DNA from: Candidatus Nitrospinota bacterium M3_3B_026
GTDB lineage: Bacteria; Nitrospinota_A; UBA7883; JBPRGF01
Reading direction: 5' to 3'
NCBI GenBank assembly: GCA_051418015.1
Contig: JBPRGF010000033.1
Span: 160,001-224,000, forward strand
DNA length: 64,000 nt
Within the stretch, counting starts at the first letter, position 1. Each line of letters opens with the position of its first letter. The position numbers were made by a program, and so were the translations under genes. The notes beneath the pieces are model-generated. The model was not told the DNA's origin. It saw nothing but the letters and a program-made list of their open reading frames with translations, and ran no database searches. Positions 10,627 to 20,737 of the stretch are shown here, in pieces.

Positions 10627-12906
10627 ATGAAAAAGGGTTTACGGCGCGCGGGCCTGTTGTTGCTGGCCTTGACCCTAGCTCCTGTCACCGCCCTGGCCGT
10701 TGACTTCGCCAAGCCCATAAAGAGCATAAGGATCAAGGGGACGGAGCGCGCCGACCAGAACACCATCCGCTACTACATACACAGCCGGGTGGGGGGAGAA
10801 TACGACCCCTCCGTCGCCGCCAGCGACATAAAAAGAATCTACAAGCTCGGCTTTTTCGACGATATAAAGCTGGACGTGGCCGAGGAGCCGGACGGGCTTA
10901 TCCTCACTTTCATCTTCAAGGAAAAGCCCTTCGTGCGGGACGTCATCATCACGGACGCCGAGGAGGTGGAGCAACAGCATATCAGCGTCCGGCTCAAGAC
11001 GAAGAAAGGCGCCTTCTTCCGTCAGGACCAGATACCCTGGGACCAGGAGCGGATACAGCGCCTCTACAGGAGCAAGGGGTATTACTTCACTGGCGTCAGG
11101 ACCGTGGTGAAAAAACTCGGCGGCAACCAGGTCGACGTAGAGTTCATAATAGACGAGGGGCGGAAGATCACCATCAGCAGGATAGACTTCCGCGGCGCGA
11201 AGGCTTTCCCCCCCCGAACGCTTCAGGGCGTGATCCAGACCGAGGAGGCGGACTGGATGTCCCTTTTTTCCGACGCCGGGGCGTACAAGAAGGAGGTGCT
11301 GAAGACGGACCTCCTTCGCCTGGAGTCGTTCTACCACGACCACGGTTACATAAAGGTGAAAGTCTACGACCCGGAGGTGGAGATCGACAGGGAGAAGAGA
11401 AAGATATACGTCAGCATCCCCGTCTCCGAGGGGGACCAGTACCACGTGGGGTCGATCGAGATCCAGGGGGACGACGTTTACACGAAGGAGGAGCTTTCGG
11501 AGAAGGTGGACCTCGCCCCCGGCGACGTCTTCGACAGGAGCCGTTTCCGCCGGGACATATTCGAGATAAGCGACATGTACTCGCAAAAGGGCTACGCCTT
11601 CGCCAACGTGGTTCCCGAACTGGAGGTGAACGACGAGAAGAACACCGTGGATATAAGCGTCCGGACGGAAAAGGGGCGCAAGGTCTACGTGGGGAAGATA
11701 ACCATCACCGGCAACGAGAAGACGCGGGACAGGGTCATCCGCCGCGAATTCCGCCTCCACGAAGGCGAGCTTTTCAACAGCGCGAAGCTGCGGCGGTCGC
11801 GCGAGCGGATAAACAACCTGGCCTATTTCGAGAACGTGGAGATAGAGCAGCGGAGCAGGCGCGAGCTGGACATGGTGGACCTGGAGGTCCAGGTCGTGGA
11901 GCGCAGCACCGGCCAGATATCCTTTGGCGCCGGGTACAGCTCCGTGGAGAACCTGCTGTTGCAGGGGCAGGTGAAATGGCCCAATTTCATGGGCAAGGGA
12001 CAGACGCTCTCCTTAAGCCTGGACAGCTCCGCGCGGAGGACCGATTTCAACGCGAGTTTCACCGAGCCCCGGCTGTTCGACCGGGAGCTGATGGGCGGCG
12101 TGGACGCCTATAACAAGCTTTTCATATGGGACTCCTACGACTCCCGGGACGTAGGCGGCTCGTTCCGGGTGGGGCGCAGCTTCGGCGAGTACCTGTGGGC
12201 CAGGCTGGGCTACACCTACGAGAAGAACGAGATAACCGTGAGGGACAGAGAGAGGGCCAGCTCCTACCTGCTTGAGCAGGAGGGGGTGACCACCATAGGA
12301 TCGTTTCTGCCATCTGTCACCTATGACACGCGCAACGATCCCTTCAACCCCAGCGCCGGGCAGAGGATGTACGGCTCTCTGGAGATCGCCGGGGCCGGAG
12401 GCGAGGAGAGGTTTTACAGGACGACCGGCGAATACACGGTCTACAAATCGCTGTGGCTCGATTTCGTGACCATGCTCCACGCCAAGGTAGGGTTCGCCGA
12501 CGACTATTCCGGGCAGGGTCTGCCGATCTCGAAACGGTATTTCATGGGCGGCCCGCGGAGCCTGCGGGGGTTCACCTACAGGAACGTGGGGCCGCTTGAC
12601 GTGGACGGCGAGGCGATAGGGGGTGAAGCTTTACTCCTGCTCAATGTTGAACTACAATACGGCTTCACCAGATATTTCCGGGGGTTTGTCTTCTACGACC
12701 GCGGAAACGTGTATGGATCCAACGACGCGAGAGGGAACACCACGGACCGGTATTACGACTTGGAGGACATGAGACACAGCTGGGGGGCGGGGATTCGCTT
12801 TTTCTCGCCGATCGGCCCCATCACGATAGCCTACGGTTTCAAGCTCGACCAGCGTTCGGGCGAGACTCCCAACGAATTCCACTTCACCATAGGAGGCGCT
12901 TTCTGA
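10627..12906 (+). CDS. bamA: Outer-membrane protein assembly factor BamA
   Basis: Signal peptide, POTRA repeats (ITGNEKTRDRVIRRE), SLRGF motif and C-terminal FHFTIGGAF. Confidence 0.95.
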   Translation: MKKGLRRAGLLLLALTLAPVTALAVDFAKPIKSIRIKGTERADQNTIRYYIHSRVGGEYDPSVAASDIKRIYKLGFFDDIKLDVAEEPDGLILTFIFKEKPFVRDVIITDAEEVEQQHISVRLKTKKGAFFRQDQIPWDQERIQRLYRSKGYYFTGVRTVVKKLGGNQVDVEFIIDEGRKITISRIDFRGAKAFPPRTLQGVIQTEEADWMSLFSDAGAYKKEVLKTDLLRLESFYHDHGYIKVKVYDPEVEIDREKRKIYVSIPVSEGDQYHVGSIEIQGDDVYTKEELSEKVDLAPGDVFDRSRFRRDIFEISDMYSQKGYAFANVVPELEVNDEKNTVDISVRTEKGRKVYVGKITITGNEKTRDRVIRREFRLHEGELFNSAKLRRSRERINNLAYFENVEIEQRSRRELDMVDLEVQVVERSTGQISFGAGYSSVENLLLQGQVKWPNFMGKGQTLSLSLDSSARRTDFNASFTEPRLFDRELMGGVDAYNKLFIWDSYDSRDVGGSFRVGRSFGEYLWARLGYTYEKNEITVRDRERASSYLLEQEGVTTIGSFLPSVTYDTRNDPFNPSAGQRMYGSLEIAGAGGEERFYRTTGEYTVYKSLWLDFVTMLHAKVGFADDYSGQGLPISKRYFMGGPRSLRGFTYRNVGPLDVDGEAIGGEALLLLNVELQYGFTRYFRGFVFYDRGNVYGSNDARGNTTDRYYDLEDMRHSWGAGIRFFSPIGPITIAYGFKLDQRSGETPNEFHFTIGGAF

Positions 12907-12911
12907 TCGCT

Positions 12912-13493
12912 ATGAGACGGATTACCAGGATACCGCTGACACTGGCTTTGGCCGCCATGCTCGCGCTCACGGCGTTCCCCGGCCCATCCCGGGCGGCGGA
13001 CGCGCCGAAGATTGGAGGGGTGAACCTGCAGGATATCCTCGACGGCTCCAAGGCGGGGCAGGAGGCCCTCGCCGAGCTCAAGGAGCAGGCCGAGAAGGAG
13101 AGGAAGGCCCTCCAGAACAAGCAGGAGGCCGTCCAGAAGCTGAAAAAGGAGATCGACCAGCAGCGCCTGATGCTCTCCACCGCGGCCATTATGGAAAAGG
13201 AGAGAAGGCTCCGCAGGATGCAGCGCGAGCTGGAGCTTTACAGGGACGACATCCAGGAGCTTTTGCAGACGGCGCAGGCAAGGGTCATGCGAAAGCTTCT
13301 GGACGACGTCATGACCATCATAAAAGAATATGGTGAGAAACACGGCTACACCATGATCCTGGAGAAGGGCGAGGCGGCCAACGTGATGGGCGGGTTCGTC
13401 CTGTACATGGACGAGGCCGTGGATCTTACCCCCGAGATTATCAGGATATACGACGAGAAGAAAAAATCGGGCGCGCTCAAGTCCGGCGGTTGA
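12912..13493 (+). CDS. skp: Periplasmic chaperone Skp/OmpH
   Basis: Signal peptide, KIGGVNLQDIL, long helical region and VLY...DLTPEII; sits between bamA and lpxD. Confidence 0.88.
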   Translation: MRRITRIPLTLALAAMLALTAFPGPSRAADAPKIGGVNLQDILDGSKAGQEALAELKEQAEKERKALQNKQEAVQKLKKEIDQQRLMLSTAAIMEKERRLRRMQRELELYRDDIQELLQTAQARVMRKLLDDVMTIIKEYGEKHGYTMILEKGEAANVMGGFVLYMDEAVDLTPEIIRIYDEKKKSGALKSGG

Positions 13494-13495
13494 GC

Positions 13496-14518
13496 ATGAA
13501 GCTGGGCGAGATCGCCTCGGCGCTCGGCCTCGAGGTCCACGGCGACGGGTCGGTCGAAATAGAACGCATGGCCCAGCTGGGGACCGCGGGGCCGGGAGAT
13601 ATCGTCTTTGTCCGCGACGAGGCCGCCGCCGCGGGCATGGGCGCATCCAGGGCTTCGGCGTTCATCTTGCCTCCCACGGTCAGGCCTGACAGGCCGGCCA
13701 TAGTCTCCGCCAACCCCCTGGCCGCGATGGCCGGGACTCTGGAGCTTTTGAGCCCCGAGCCCGCTCCCCCGCCCGGAGTCCATCCCACGGCCGTCATTGA
13801 AGACTCGGCGGAGATGGGACGGGACGTCCACGCGGGTCCCCACGTCTCGGTCGGCGCTGGCGCCAGGATAGGCGCCGGCGCATGCCTGCGGGCCGGGGCG
13901 AGGATAGGCGCGGGAGCCGTTGTGGGGCCGGGAAGCGTGATCTTCGAGAACGTTGTCGTCTATGACCATTGCCAGATCGGGGCCAGGTGCCGCATCCACG
14001 CGAACTCGACCATCGGCGCGGACGGCTTCGGGTACGCCCGGCTCGCGGACGGGGGGAGCGTGAAAATCCCCCAGCGCGGGATTGTCCGAATCGAGGACGA
14101 CGTGGAGGTGGGGGCCAACTCCTCCATCGACCGCGCCACCCTGGGGGAGACGGTTATAAAAAACGGAGTAAAGATAGACAACCAGGTCCAGGTAGGCCAC
14201 AACTGCGTGATAGGAGAGAACGTGGTCATCGCCGGCTGCTCCGGGGTGGCCGGATCGGTTGTCATAGGAGAGAATGTGATGATCGGCGGCATGGCCGCTA
14301 TCAGCGACCACGTCCACATAGCCCCCGGGACGCTGATCGCCGGGAAGACCGGTGTGCACGGAGACATTAAGGAGCCCGGTGTGTACGCGGGCCCCATGGC
14401 CATGAAGAACATGGAATATAAAAGGTTTCTCCTTTCGGGGAAGGCGGTGGCCAGCCTGAAAAAGAAGGTAAAACAGCTGGAGGACGAGCTGAAAACGCTG
14501 AAAGGGAAGGAAAAGTGA
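13496..14518 (+). CDS. lpxD: UDP-3-O-acyl-glucosamine N-acyltransferase LpxD
   Basis: Hexapeptide repeats, IGADGFGY and [11 protein letters not shown]. Confidence 0.93.
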   Translation: MKLGEIASALGLEVHGDGSVEIERMAQLGTAGPGDIVFVRDEAAAAGMGASRASAFILPPTVRPDRPAIVSANPLAAMAGTLELLSPEPAPPPGVHPTAVIEDSAEMGRDVHAGPHVSVGAGARIGAGACLRAGARIGAGAVVGPGSVIFENVVVYDHCQIGARCRIHANSTIGADGFGYARLADGGSVKIPQRGIVRIEDDVEVGANSSIDRATLGETVIKNGVKIDNQVQVGHNCVIGENVVIAGCSGVAGSVVIGENVMIGGMAAISDHVHIAPGTLIAGKTGVHGDIKEPGVYAGPMAMKNMEYKRFLLSGKAVASLKKKVKQLEDELKTLKGKEK

Positions 14519-14952
14519 CGATAGAACACCACGAGCTGGAAAAATACATCCCCCACAGGAGCCCCTTCCTGCTGGTGGACAGGATAATAGAGATCGAGTC
14601 CGGCGAAAGGGCGGTGGGGATAAAGAACGTCACCGGGACGGAGAACTTTTTCCCCGGTCACTTCCCCGGCCAGCCGGTGATGCCGGGTGTGCTGATAATA
14701 GAAGCCCTGGCGCAGACCGCCGCCGTCCTTGCCATGTACTCAAGCGAAAAGGATCAGGGAAAGCTCGTCTATTTCGCCGCCATAGACAACGCCAGGTTCA
14801 AAAGACTGGTCAGGCCCGGCGACACCCTGCGGCTCGAGGTGGACGTGGAGAAAGCGCGGAGCAGGATGTGGAAGGTAAAAGCCAGAGCCCTCGTGGAGGG
14901 CGAGCCTGTGTGCGAAGCGGATCTGACCGCCATGGTGACGGACAGGGGGTGA
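14515..14952 (+). CDS. fabZ: 3-hydroxyacyl-ACP dehydratase FabZ
   Basis: [13 protein letters not shown] and [23 protein letters not shown]; located between lpxD and lpxA. Confidence 0.95.
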   Translation: MTIEHHELEKYIPHRSPFLLVDRIIEIESGERAVGIKNVTGTENFFPGHFPGQPVMPGVLIIEALAQTAAVLAMYSSEKDQGKLVYFAAIDNARFKRLVRPGDTLRLEVDVEKARSRMWKVKARALVEGEPVCEADLTAMVTDRG

Positions 14953-15725
14953 TGGCCGCCGCCATGCACGAGACAGCGGCCGTGGACCCCGCCGCCGTGA
15001 TAGGGGATGGAGTGGAGATAGGCCCCTTCTGCGTCATCGGCCCGAACGTTAAGATCGGCGCGGGCGCGAGGATAGGCGCCGGGGCGCAGGTGGACTGGGC
15101 CCGGCTGGGGGCTGGCGCCAGGATAGGGGCGAACTCCATCGTGGGAGGCGATCCGCAAATCTACGGCTGGAAGAGCGTGGAGTCCTGGGTGGAGGTGGGG
15201 GAGGGCAGCCTGATAAACGAGCTTACCGCCGTGCACCGGTCTATGTACGAGGGCGGCGCCACGCGGATAGGCCCCGGCTGCTACATAATGAGCCAAAGCC
15301 ATATCGGGCATGACTGCCAGCTCGGCAAAGAGGTGACCGTGACCACGCTGGCGGGCCTGTCCGGTCACGTGGTGGTTGGCGATTACGCCGTCATCGGCGG
15401 CGCCGTGGGGGTTCACCAGTTCGTGAGGATAGGCGCGATGGCGATGGTGGGCGGCATGACAAGGCTGGTCCAGGATGTTCCGCCGTATTTTATGGTCTCC
15501 GGCGTCCCTGCCGAGGCGAGGGGGCTTAACACCTACGCTCTCAAAAAAAGAGGCGTCCGTCCGAAGGAGAGGGCCGCCCTCAAAAAGGCGTTCAACATCC
15601 TGGCCAGGCGGGGGTTGCCGTTGCCAGATGCTGTGCGGGCCTTGGAGAGTGAGGTTCCGGCGGAGGGCCCCGTGGCCTCGCTCATCGATTTTGTCAAAAG
15701 CTCCGAGAGGGGCCTTACGCTCTAG
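14952..15725 (+). CDS. lpxA: Acyl-ACP--UDP-GlcNAc acyltransferase LpxA
   Basis: Hexapeptide repeats, SHIGHDC, VHQFVRIG and QDVPPY. The start overlaps the fabZ stop. Confidence 0.92.
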   Translation: MAAAMHETAAVDPAAVIGDGVEIGPFCVIGPNVKIGAGARIGAGAQVDWARLGAGARIGANSIVGGDPQIYGWKSVESWVEVGEGSLINELTAVHRSMYEGGATRIGPGCYIMSQSHIGHDCQLGKEVTVTTLAGLSGHVVVGDYAVIGGAVGVHQFVRIGAMAMVGGMTRLVQDVPPYFMVSGVPAEARGLNTYALKKRGVRPKERAALKKAFNILARRGLPLPDAVRALESEVPAEGPVASLIDFVKSSERGLTL

Positions 15726-15883
15726 GTTTGTCCACCGCAGGACAAGGAAATGATTGATCGGACGGCGCTTTTCGTAATATCGTATTGGTCAGGGAAGGAT
15801 TGGCGCGCCCGGCCGCGGCGGGCGCTTGCGAAGAGTTTTGATATATATGCACGGTTTTGGACACCGTTGGCGAAAGGAAGAGA

Positions 15884-16861
15884 ATGGATAGTGTAGTAAA
15901 GGCAGGGGTCATAGGTGTCGGCCGCATGGGCCAGTACCACGTCGGGGTCTATTCCGAGATAGCCGGGGTGGATCTTGTGGGGGTCGTGGACGTGGACGAG
16001 GGCAAAAGCCCCATTGCGGACAAGTACAGGACAAAGTTTTACACCGATTATCGCGACCTTTTCGGCAAGGTGGACGTGGTCTCCATAGCCGTCCCAACCT
16101 CCCGGCATTTCGATGTGGCCAGGGACTGCCTGGAAGCCGGTGTCCACTGCCTGGTGGAAAAGCCCATAAGCAACGACATGGAAAAGGCCGAAGAGCTTTT
16201 CAGGATCGCCGAGGAGAAAAACCTCGCCCTGCACGTGGGCCACGTGGAAAGGTTCAACGGGGCGGTGCAGGAGCTCAGGAAAGTTGTCGTGGACCCCATT
16301 TTCATTGAGTCCCGGCGGCTGGGCCCCTACGACCCCAGGATCAAGGACGATGGCGTGGTGCTCGACCTGATGATCCACGACATAGACATAATCCTGAACC
16401 TCGTGGAGTCGCCCGTGGCGGACATGAACGTCATGGGCGCGTCCGTCTTTTCCGGCATGGAGGACCTGGTCAACGTGCAGATCAAATTCGAGAACGGCTG
16501 CATGGCCAACATCATAGCCTCCCGCGCCACACAGGAGAAGATAAGGACGCTGGCCGTGACGCAGAAGAAAGAGTATATATTCCTCGACTATACCCACCAG
16601 GACATACTCGTCCACCGCCGCGCTTCCTCCGAGCACGAATTGCGCCGCCGCGAGCTGCGCTACAGGCAGGAGTCTTTCATGGAGCGCATCTTCGTCCACC
16701 GTGAAAACCCCCTCAAGCTGGAGATACAGCATCTCCTCGACTGCGCCACCAACGGAGCCAGGCGGAAAACGGCCGTGCGGGACGAGCTGAAGTCGCTGAA
16801 GGTGGCGCTTACGGTGCTGGACAAGCTGAAGCCTTCCGGCAAGGCCGCCGCGGCGTTTTAG
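15884..16861 (+). CDS. Gfo/Idh/MocA oxidoreductase, GnnA-like
   Basis: GVIGVGRMG, LVEKPI, VGHVERFN and VVLDLMIHDID; located inside the lpx cluster. Confidence 0.85.
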   Translation: MDSVVKAGVIGVGRMGQYHVGVYSEIAGVDLVGVVDVDEGKSPIADKYRTKFYTDYRDLFGKVDVVSIAVPTSRHFDVARDCLEAGVHCLVEKPISNDMEKAEELFRIAEEKNLALHVGHVERFNGAVQELRKVVVDPIFIESRRLGPYDPRIKDDGVVLDLMIHDIDIILNLVESPVADMNVMGASVFSGMEDLVNVQIKFENGCMANIIASRATQEKIRTLAVTQKKEYIFLDYTHQDILVHRRASSEHELRRRELRYRQESFMERIFVHRENPLKLEIQHLLDCATNGARRKTAVRDELKSLKVALTVLDKLKPSGKAAAAF

Positions 16862-16864
16862 ACA

Positions 16865-17674
16865 ATGCCCTCCCCCCTGGGAGTCATCGCCGGGAAAGGA
16901 GACCTCCCCCGCCTTTTGGTCCGCGAAGCGAAGTCGGCCGGGAGAAAGGTCGCCGCCATCGCTTTCGACAAAGACTCCGGCGCTGCGCTTTTGGGGTTGG
17001 CGGATGAGACGAACGTGGTGGGCCTGGGGCAGGCGGGCAGGGCGATAGACACCCTCAAGCGCTCGGGCGCCGTGGAAGTGGTTTTCGTGGGGAAGGTGGA
17101 CAAGCGCGTCCTTTTCAAAAACCCCAGGCTGGACCTGAAAGCCGTCTCCATTATGAGAAAGCTGAAGGGGGGCGCTGACGACGACATAATGATAGGGATA
17201 GCCGGCGAGCTTGAAAGGGAGGGGTTCAAAGTCATAAGCCAGGCGGATATCCTGAAGAAGCTGATGCCCGGCCCGGGGACGCTGTCCAGGCGGGAGCCGA
17301 GGGAGAAGGAATGGGGAGACATAAGGTTCGGGATGAAAATGGCCAGGGGGATAGCCGGGCTTGATATCGGGCAGACCGTTGTCGTCCGGGATGGGGCCGT
17401 TCTGGCCGTGGAGGCGATAGAGGGGACCGACGAGGCGATCGGACGCGGCGGCGGCATAGCCGGCAAGGGCGCGGTGGTCTGCAAAGTGAGCAAACCCAGC
17501 CAGGACCCGCGTTTCGACGTCCCCACAGTGGGGGTGAAGACCATCGAGGCTATGGTGAAGGTTCGGGCTTCCGTCCTGGCCATCGAGGCTGGCGCGACGG
17601 TGGTGGCCGGCATGGAGGAGACGGTCCGGCTCTGCGCCCGGAAGGGGATAGCCTTCGTCTCCGTACAGGTTTGA
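16865..17674 (+). CDS. lpxI: UDP-2,3-diacylglucosamine pyrophosphatase LpxI
   Basis: LGVIAGKGDLP, DIGQTVVV, AVEAIEGTD and KPSQDPRFDVPTVG. Confidence 0.92.
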   Translation: MPSPLGVIAGKGDLPRLLVREAKSAGRKVAAIAFDKDSGAALLGLADETNVVGLGQAGRAIDTLKRSGAVEVVFVGKVDKRVLFKNPRLDLKAVSIMRKLKGGADDDIMIGIAGELEREGFKVISQADILKKLMPGPGTLSRREPREKEWGDIRFGMKMARGIAGLDIGQTVVVRDGAVLAVEAIEGTDEAIGRGGGIAGKGAVVCKVSKPSQDPRFDVPTVGVKTIEAMVKVRASVLAIEAGATVVAGMEETVRLCARKGIAFVSVQV

Positions 17675-17684
17675 GAAAAATCCT

Positions 17685-19205
17685 ATGATCGATGAGCGCC
17701 GCTGGGCGTACCTGAGTTTTCTGGCCGTGGTGGGGTTCGCACTCTTCCGCGCCGCCGTGATGGGGACGACTGGCCTGGGGGACTCGGAGAGCTATTACTG
17801 GGCATGGTCACAGCGTCCAGCGTTGAGCTACTATGACCACCCGCCGATGGTCGCCTGGCTCATATGGCTGTCCACGAGCCTCGGCGGCCACACGCCCTTC
17901 CTGGTACGCCTGCCGTCGGTGATCCTGTTCACGGCTATGGGGTGGCTGCTTTACAGGCTTTCATACGACCTTTTCCGGGACGCGCGAGTGGGGTTTTACT
18001 CCATCCTCACGTTCAACCTGATCCCCGTATTCGCCATAGGCGCGATCCAGATGGTGCCGGACATACCCTCGGCGGTCTGCTTTACGGCGTACATCCTCAT
18101 TCTGAACAGGCTCCTCAGAAACGGCGGTCCCGGCTGGCTGTGGTACATCCTGGGCGTTCTGCTCGGCCTGGGGACGCTTTCGAAATACTTCGCCATCATG
18201 CTCGTCCCGGGGACTGTTATCCTGGCGGCCCTCGTTCCGGAGTACAGGTTCTGGTTCAGGCGGCCGGAGCCTTACATCATGGGAGTCATAGCCCTTTTCG
18301 TCTTTTCGCCCGTGCTTATATGGAACTATCAGAACGAATGGCCCTCGTTCAGGTTTCACCTTGCCGAGCGGCACGGCGGCGCGGGTTTCAACCTCAAAAA
18401 TCTCGGGCAGCTAGCGGGGGGGCAGCTTCTGTACGTAAACCCCCTGTACCTCGCCGGTCTTTTATGGGCCGTCTTCGCCGGGACGTGGCGCGCCATCGCC
18501 GAAGGGGACAGGCGATACGCCATCCTTGCCGCCTTTTCGGGCCCGGTTCTGCTGTTTTTCTACGCCGTGTGCGCCTGGACGAACGAGTCCGAGCCCCACT
18601 GGCCCGCGTTCGGCTACATAACGGCGATAGTGATGATGAGCGCGCTGGGGATAGACGCCTGGGAGCGATGGCGGCCCGAGGCGGCCGCGAGGCTTCGGGG
18701 ATGGTACATCGCCGCCACGGCTCTGGCGGCGGCGGCGTTCGCGCTCTTTTTCATACATGTCTACCATCCTATCCTGCCAATCAAGCCCAAGTACGACATC
18801 ACCAACGAGCTGTACGGCTGGGACAGGGTGGGGTCGAGGCTGGAGGATATCTATAGGAAAATTACGGAGGAGCAGAAAGAGCCCGCCTTTGCCCTTGCGC
18901 ATCACTGGGTTCTCTGCTCGCAGATGATGTTCTCCACCGGCGGGAGGATACCCGTCCATTGCATGAACGAGCGGACGGACCAGTTCGACTTCTGGGACGA
19001 CGAGAATGAACTTGTAGGCAAGACCGCCGTCGTTGTGACCGACCTGAGGTTCGACGAGATACCCCAGGAACTCTACAGGCTCAACGACGTGGAGAAGGTG
19101 GAGGACATAAGGGTCGAGAGGGGAGGGGAGGTGGTAAGAAAGTTTACCATCTGGATCGGAAGGGATTACACGGGGCTGCTGTCGAAGCCGCCGCCCGGAG
19201 GATAG
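17685..19205 (+). CDS. ArnT/PMT-like (GT-C fold) membrane glycosyltransferase
   Basis: DSESYYWAWS...YYDHPPMVAW, LSKY, multiple TM helices and a C-terminal periplasmic domain. Confidence 0.85.
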   Translation: MIDERRWAYLSFLAVVGFALFRAAVMGTTGLGDSESYYWAWSQRPALSYYDHPPMVAWLIWLSTSLGGHTPFLVRLPSVILFTAMGWLLYRLSYDLFRDARVGFYSILTFNLIPVFAIGAIQMVPDIPSAVCFTAYILILNRLLRNGGPGWLWYILGVLLGLGTLSKYFAIMLVPGTVILAALVPEYRFWFRRPEPYIMGVIALFVFSPVLIWNYQNEWPSFRFHLAERHGGAGFNLKNLGQLAGGQLLYVNPLYLAGLLWAVFAGTWRAIAEGDRRYAILAAFSGPVLLFFYAVCAWTNESEPHWPAFGYITAIVMMSALGIDAWERWRPEAAARLRGWYIAATALAAAAFALFFIHVYHPILPIKPKYDITNELYGWDRVGSRLEDIYRKITEEQKEPAFALAHHWVLCSQMMFSTGGRIPVHCMNERTDQFDFWDDENELVGKTAVVVTDLRFDEIPQELYRLNDVEKVEDIRVERGGEVVRKFTIWIGRDYTGLLSKPPPGG

Positions 19206-19212
19206 GAGAGAC

Positions 19213-19503
19213 TCAGCCTCCTCCGTTGGTTTTTCCGGCCTTGATCTTGTATTCCGTCATTTTGCGCCGCAGGGTGTTCCTGTTCAGCCCCAGAAGGCGC
19301 GCCGCCTCCGTCTGGTTTCCCTGGGTTTCGTCCAAGGCCATTGTTATCAATGGTTTTTCGACCAGCGCCATGACCATTGGATAAAGCCCGCCGCCGTTTT
19401 CCATGTTTTTCATCCGGCCGATGAACTTCGACAGGTCGGTCCTTAGCGCTTCCTCGAAACAGGTTTTTATCTTCTTCGCCTCGCCCCGTGTCAAGTTACC
19501 CAT
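19213..19503 (-). CDS. Fis-like helix-turn-helix protein
   Basis: LYPMVMALVEKPLITMALDETQGNQTEAARLLGLNRNTLRRKM. Start placed at ATG 19503. Confidence 0.85.
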   Translation of the reverse strand: MGNLTRGEAKKIKTCFEEALRTDLSKFIGRMKNMENGGGLYPMVMALVEKPLITMALDETQGNQTEAARLLGLNRNTLRRKMTEYKIKAGKTNGGG

Positions 19504-19909
19504 GGCGCCGCATTGAAAATGGTGTGAAAAATAATTGCCCTGACCAGCCCATCGAAAGAATGCATCAGAACGCCGGATGAAGTCAATAGGCAAAAGTCCG
19601 CTTTCGAAAAAATTATTTTCACGAAGACTTGAACGGTGAATTGGTATCATAAGTGTAAAGAGTTTTTCGGGAGAATCCGCCGTAAAAAACAACGGCGAAA
19701 AGGAATGATCTTCCAAACGCGGGGTGGAAATGTTAGACTTTCCCGTACCCGGGTTCACCGGTGAGCCCGGAGCAAGGTTTTAAAGCCCTCTCGAAACCGC
19801 GAGTTTCCCATCCGAGGAGTTCGAAAAAGCAGGGGGCGCTTTTGATGACGGGGCCGGGCTTTGAGGCGCGGCTGTTTTTTCAACGATCATCGCCGGGATT
19901 TTTTGACGA

Positions 19910-20737
19910 ATGACGCTGACCGACGACACCGAGAAGCTCAAAGAGATAGCCAGGGAGCTCAGGATCGACATCCTGACCATGCTGGCCGAGGCCGGCTCCG
20001 GGCACACCGGCGGCTCCCTTTCCGCTATAGACATACTCACGGCCCTCTACTTTGGCCGAATGAAGCATAGCCCGAAGCTGGGCGGCGATGAGGACAGGGA
20101 CAGATTCGTGCTGTCCAAGGGTCACGGCGCCCCGGCCCTCTACGCCGTCCTGGCGCGGCTCGGTTATTTCGACAGGTCACACCTGCGCTCGCTGAGGAAG
20201 ATGAGCGGGATGCTCTCCGGCCACCCTTACGCCCCCTCAACGCCTGGCGTGGAAGTCTCCACCGGCTCGCTGGGCCAGGGGCTTTCCATAGCCAACGGCA
20301 TGGCCATCGCCGCCCGGCTCAATGGCTGGAATGGAAGGGTGTACTGCATGATCGGCGACGGCGAGAGCCAGGAGGGACAGATATGGGAAGCGGCGATGAC
20401 GGCCTCCCACTACGGGCTGGACAACGTGACCGCCATCCTGGACCATAACGAACTGCAGATAGACGGAGCCGTGAAGGATATCAAGAGCATAGAGCCGATC
20501 GGCGACAAGTGGAGAGCCTTCGGCTGGAACGTCACGGAGATAGACGGACACGACATGAGGTCCGTCCTCGACGCGATCGACCTGGCCGCGGCGTCCCGCG
20601 GGAAGCCCTCGTTCATCTGGGCGCACACGGTGAAGGGCAAGGGAGTTTCCTTCATGGAAGGCAAGGCCGGCTACCACGGCGTGGCGCCATCGAGCGAGGA
20701 GCTAGAGCGCGCGCTGGAGGAGCTTGCGGCGGCATGA
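19910..20737 (+). CDS. Transketolase, N-terminal (TPP-binding) subunit
   Basis: GHTGGSLS, DRFVLSKGH, STGSLGQG and GDGESQEGQIWEA. Confidence 0.93.
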   Translation: MTLTDDTEKLKEIARELRIDILTMLAEAGSGHTGGSLSAIDILTALYFGRMKHSPKLGGDEDRDRFVLSKGHGAPALYAVLARLGYFDRSHLRSLRKMSGMLSGHPYAPSTPGVEVSTGSLGQGLSIANGMAIAARLNGWNGRVYCMIGDGESQEGQIWEAAMTASHYGLDNVTAILDHNELQIDGAVKDIKSIEPIGDKWRAFGWNVTEIDGHDMRSVLDAIDLAAASRGKPSFIWAHTVKGKGVSFMEGKAGYHGVAPSSEELERALEELAAA

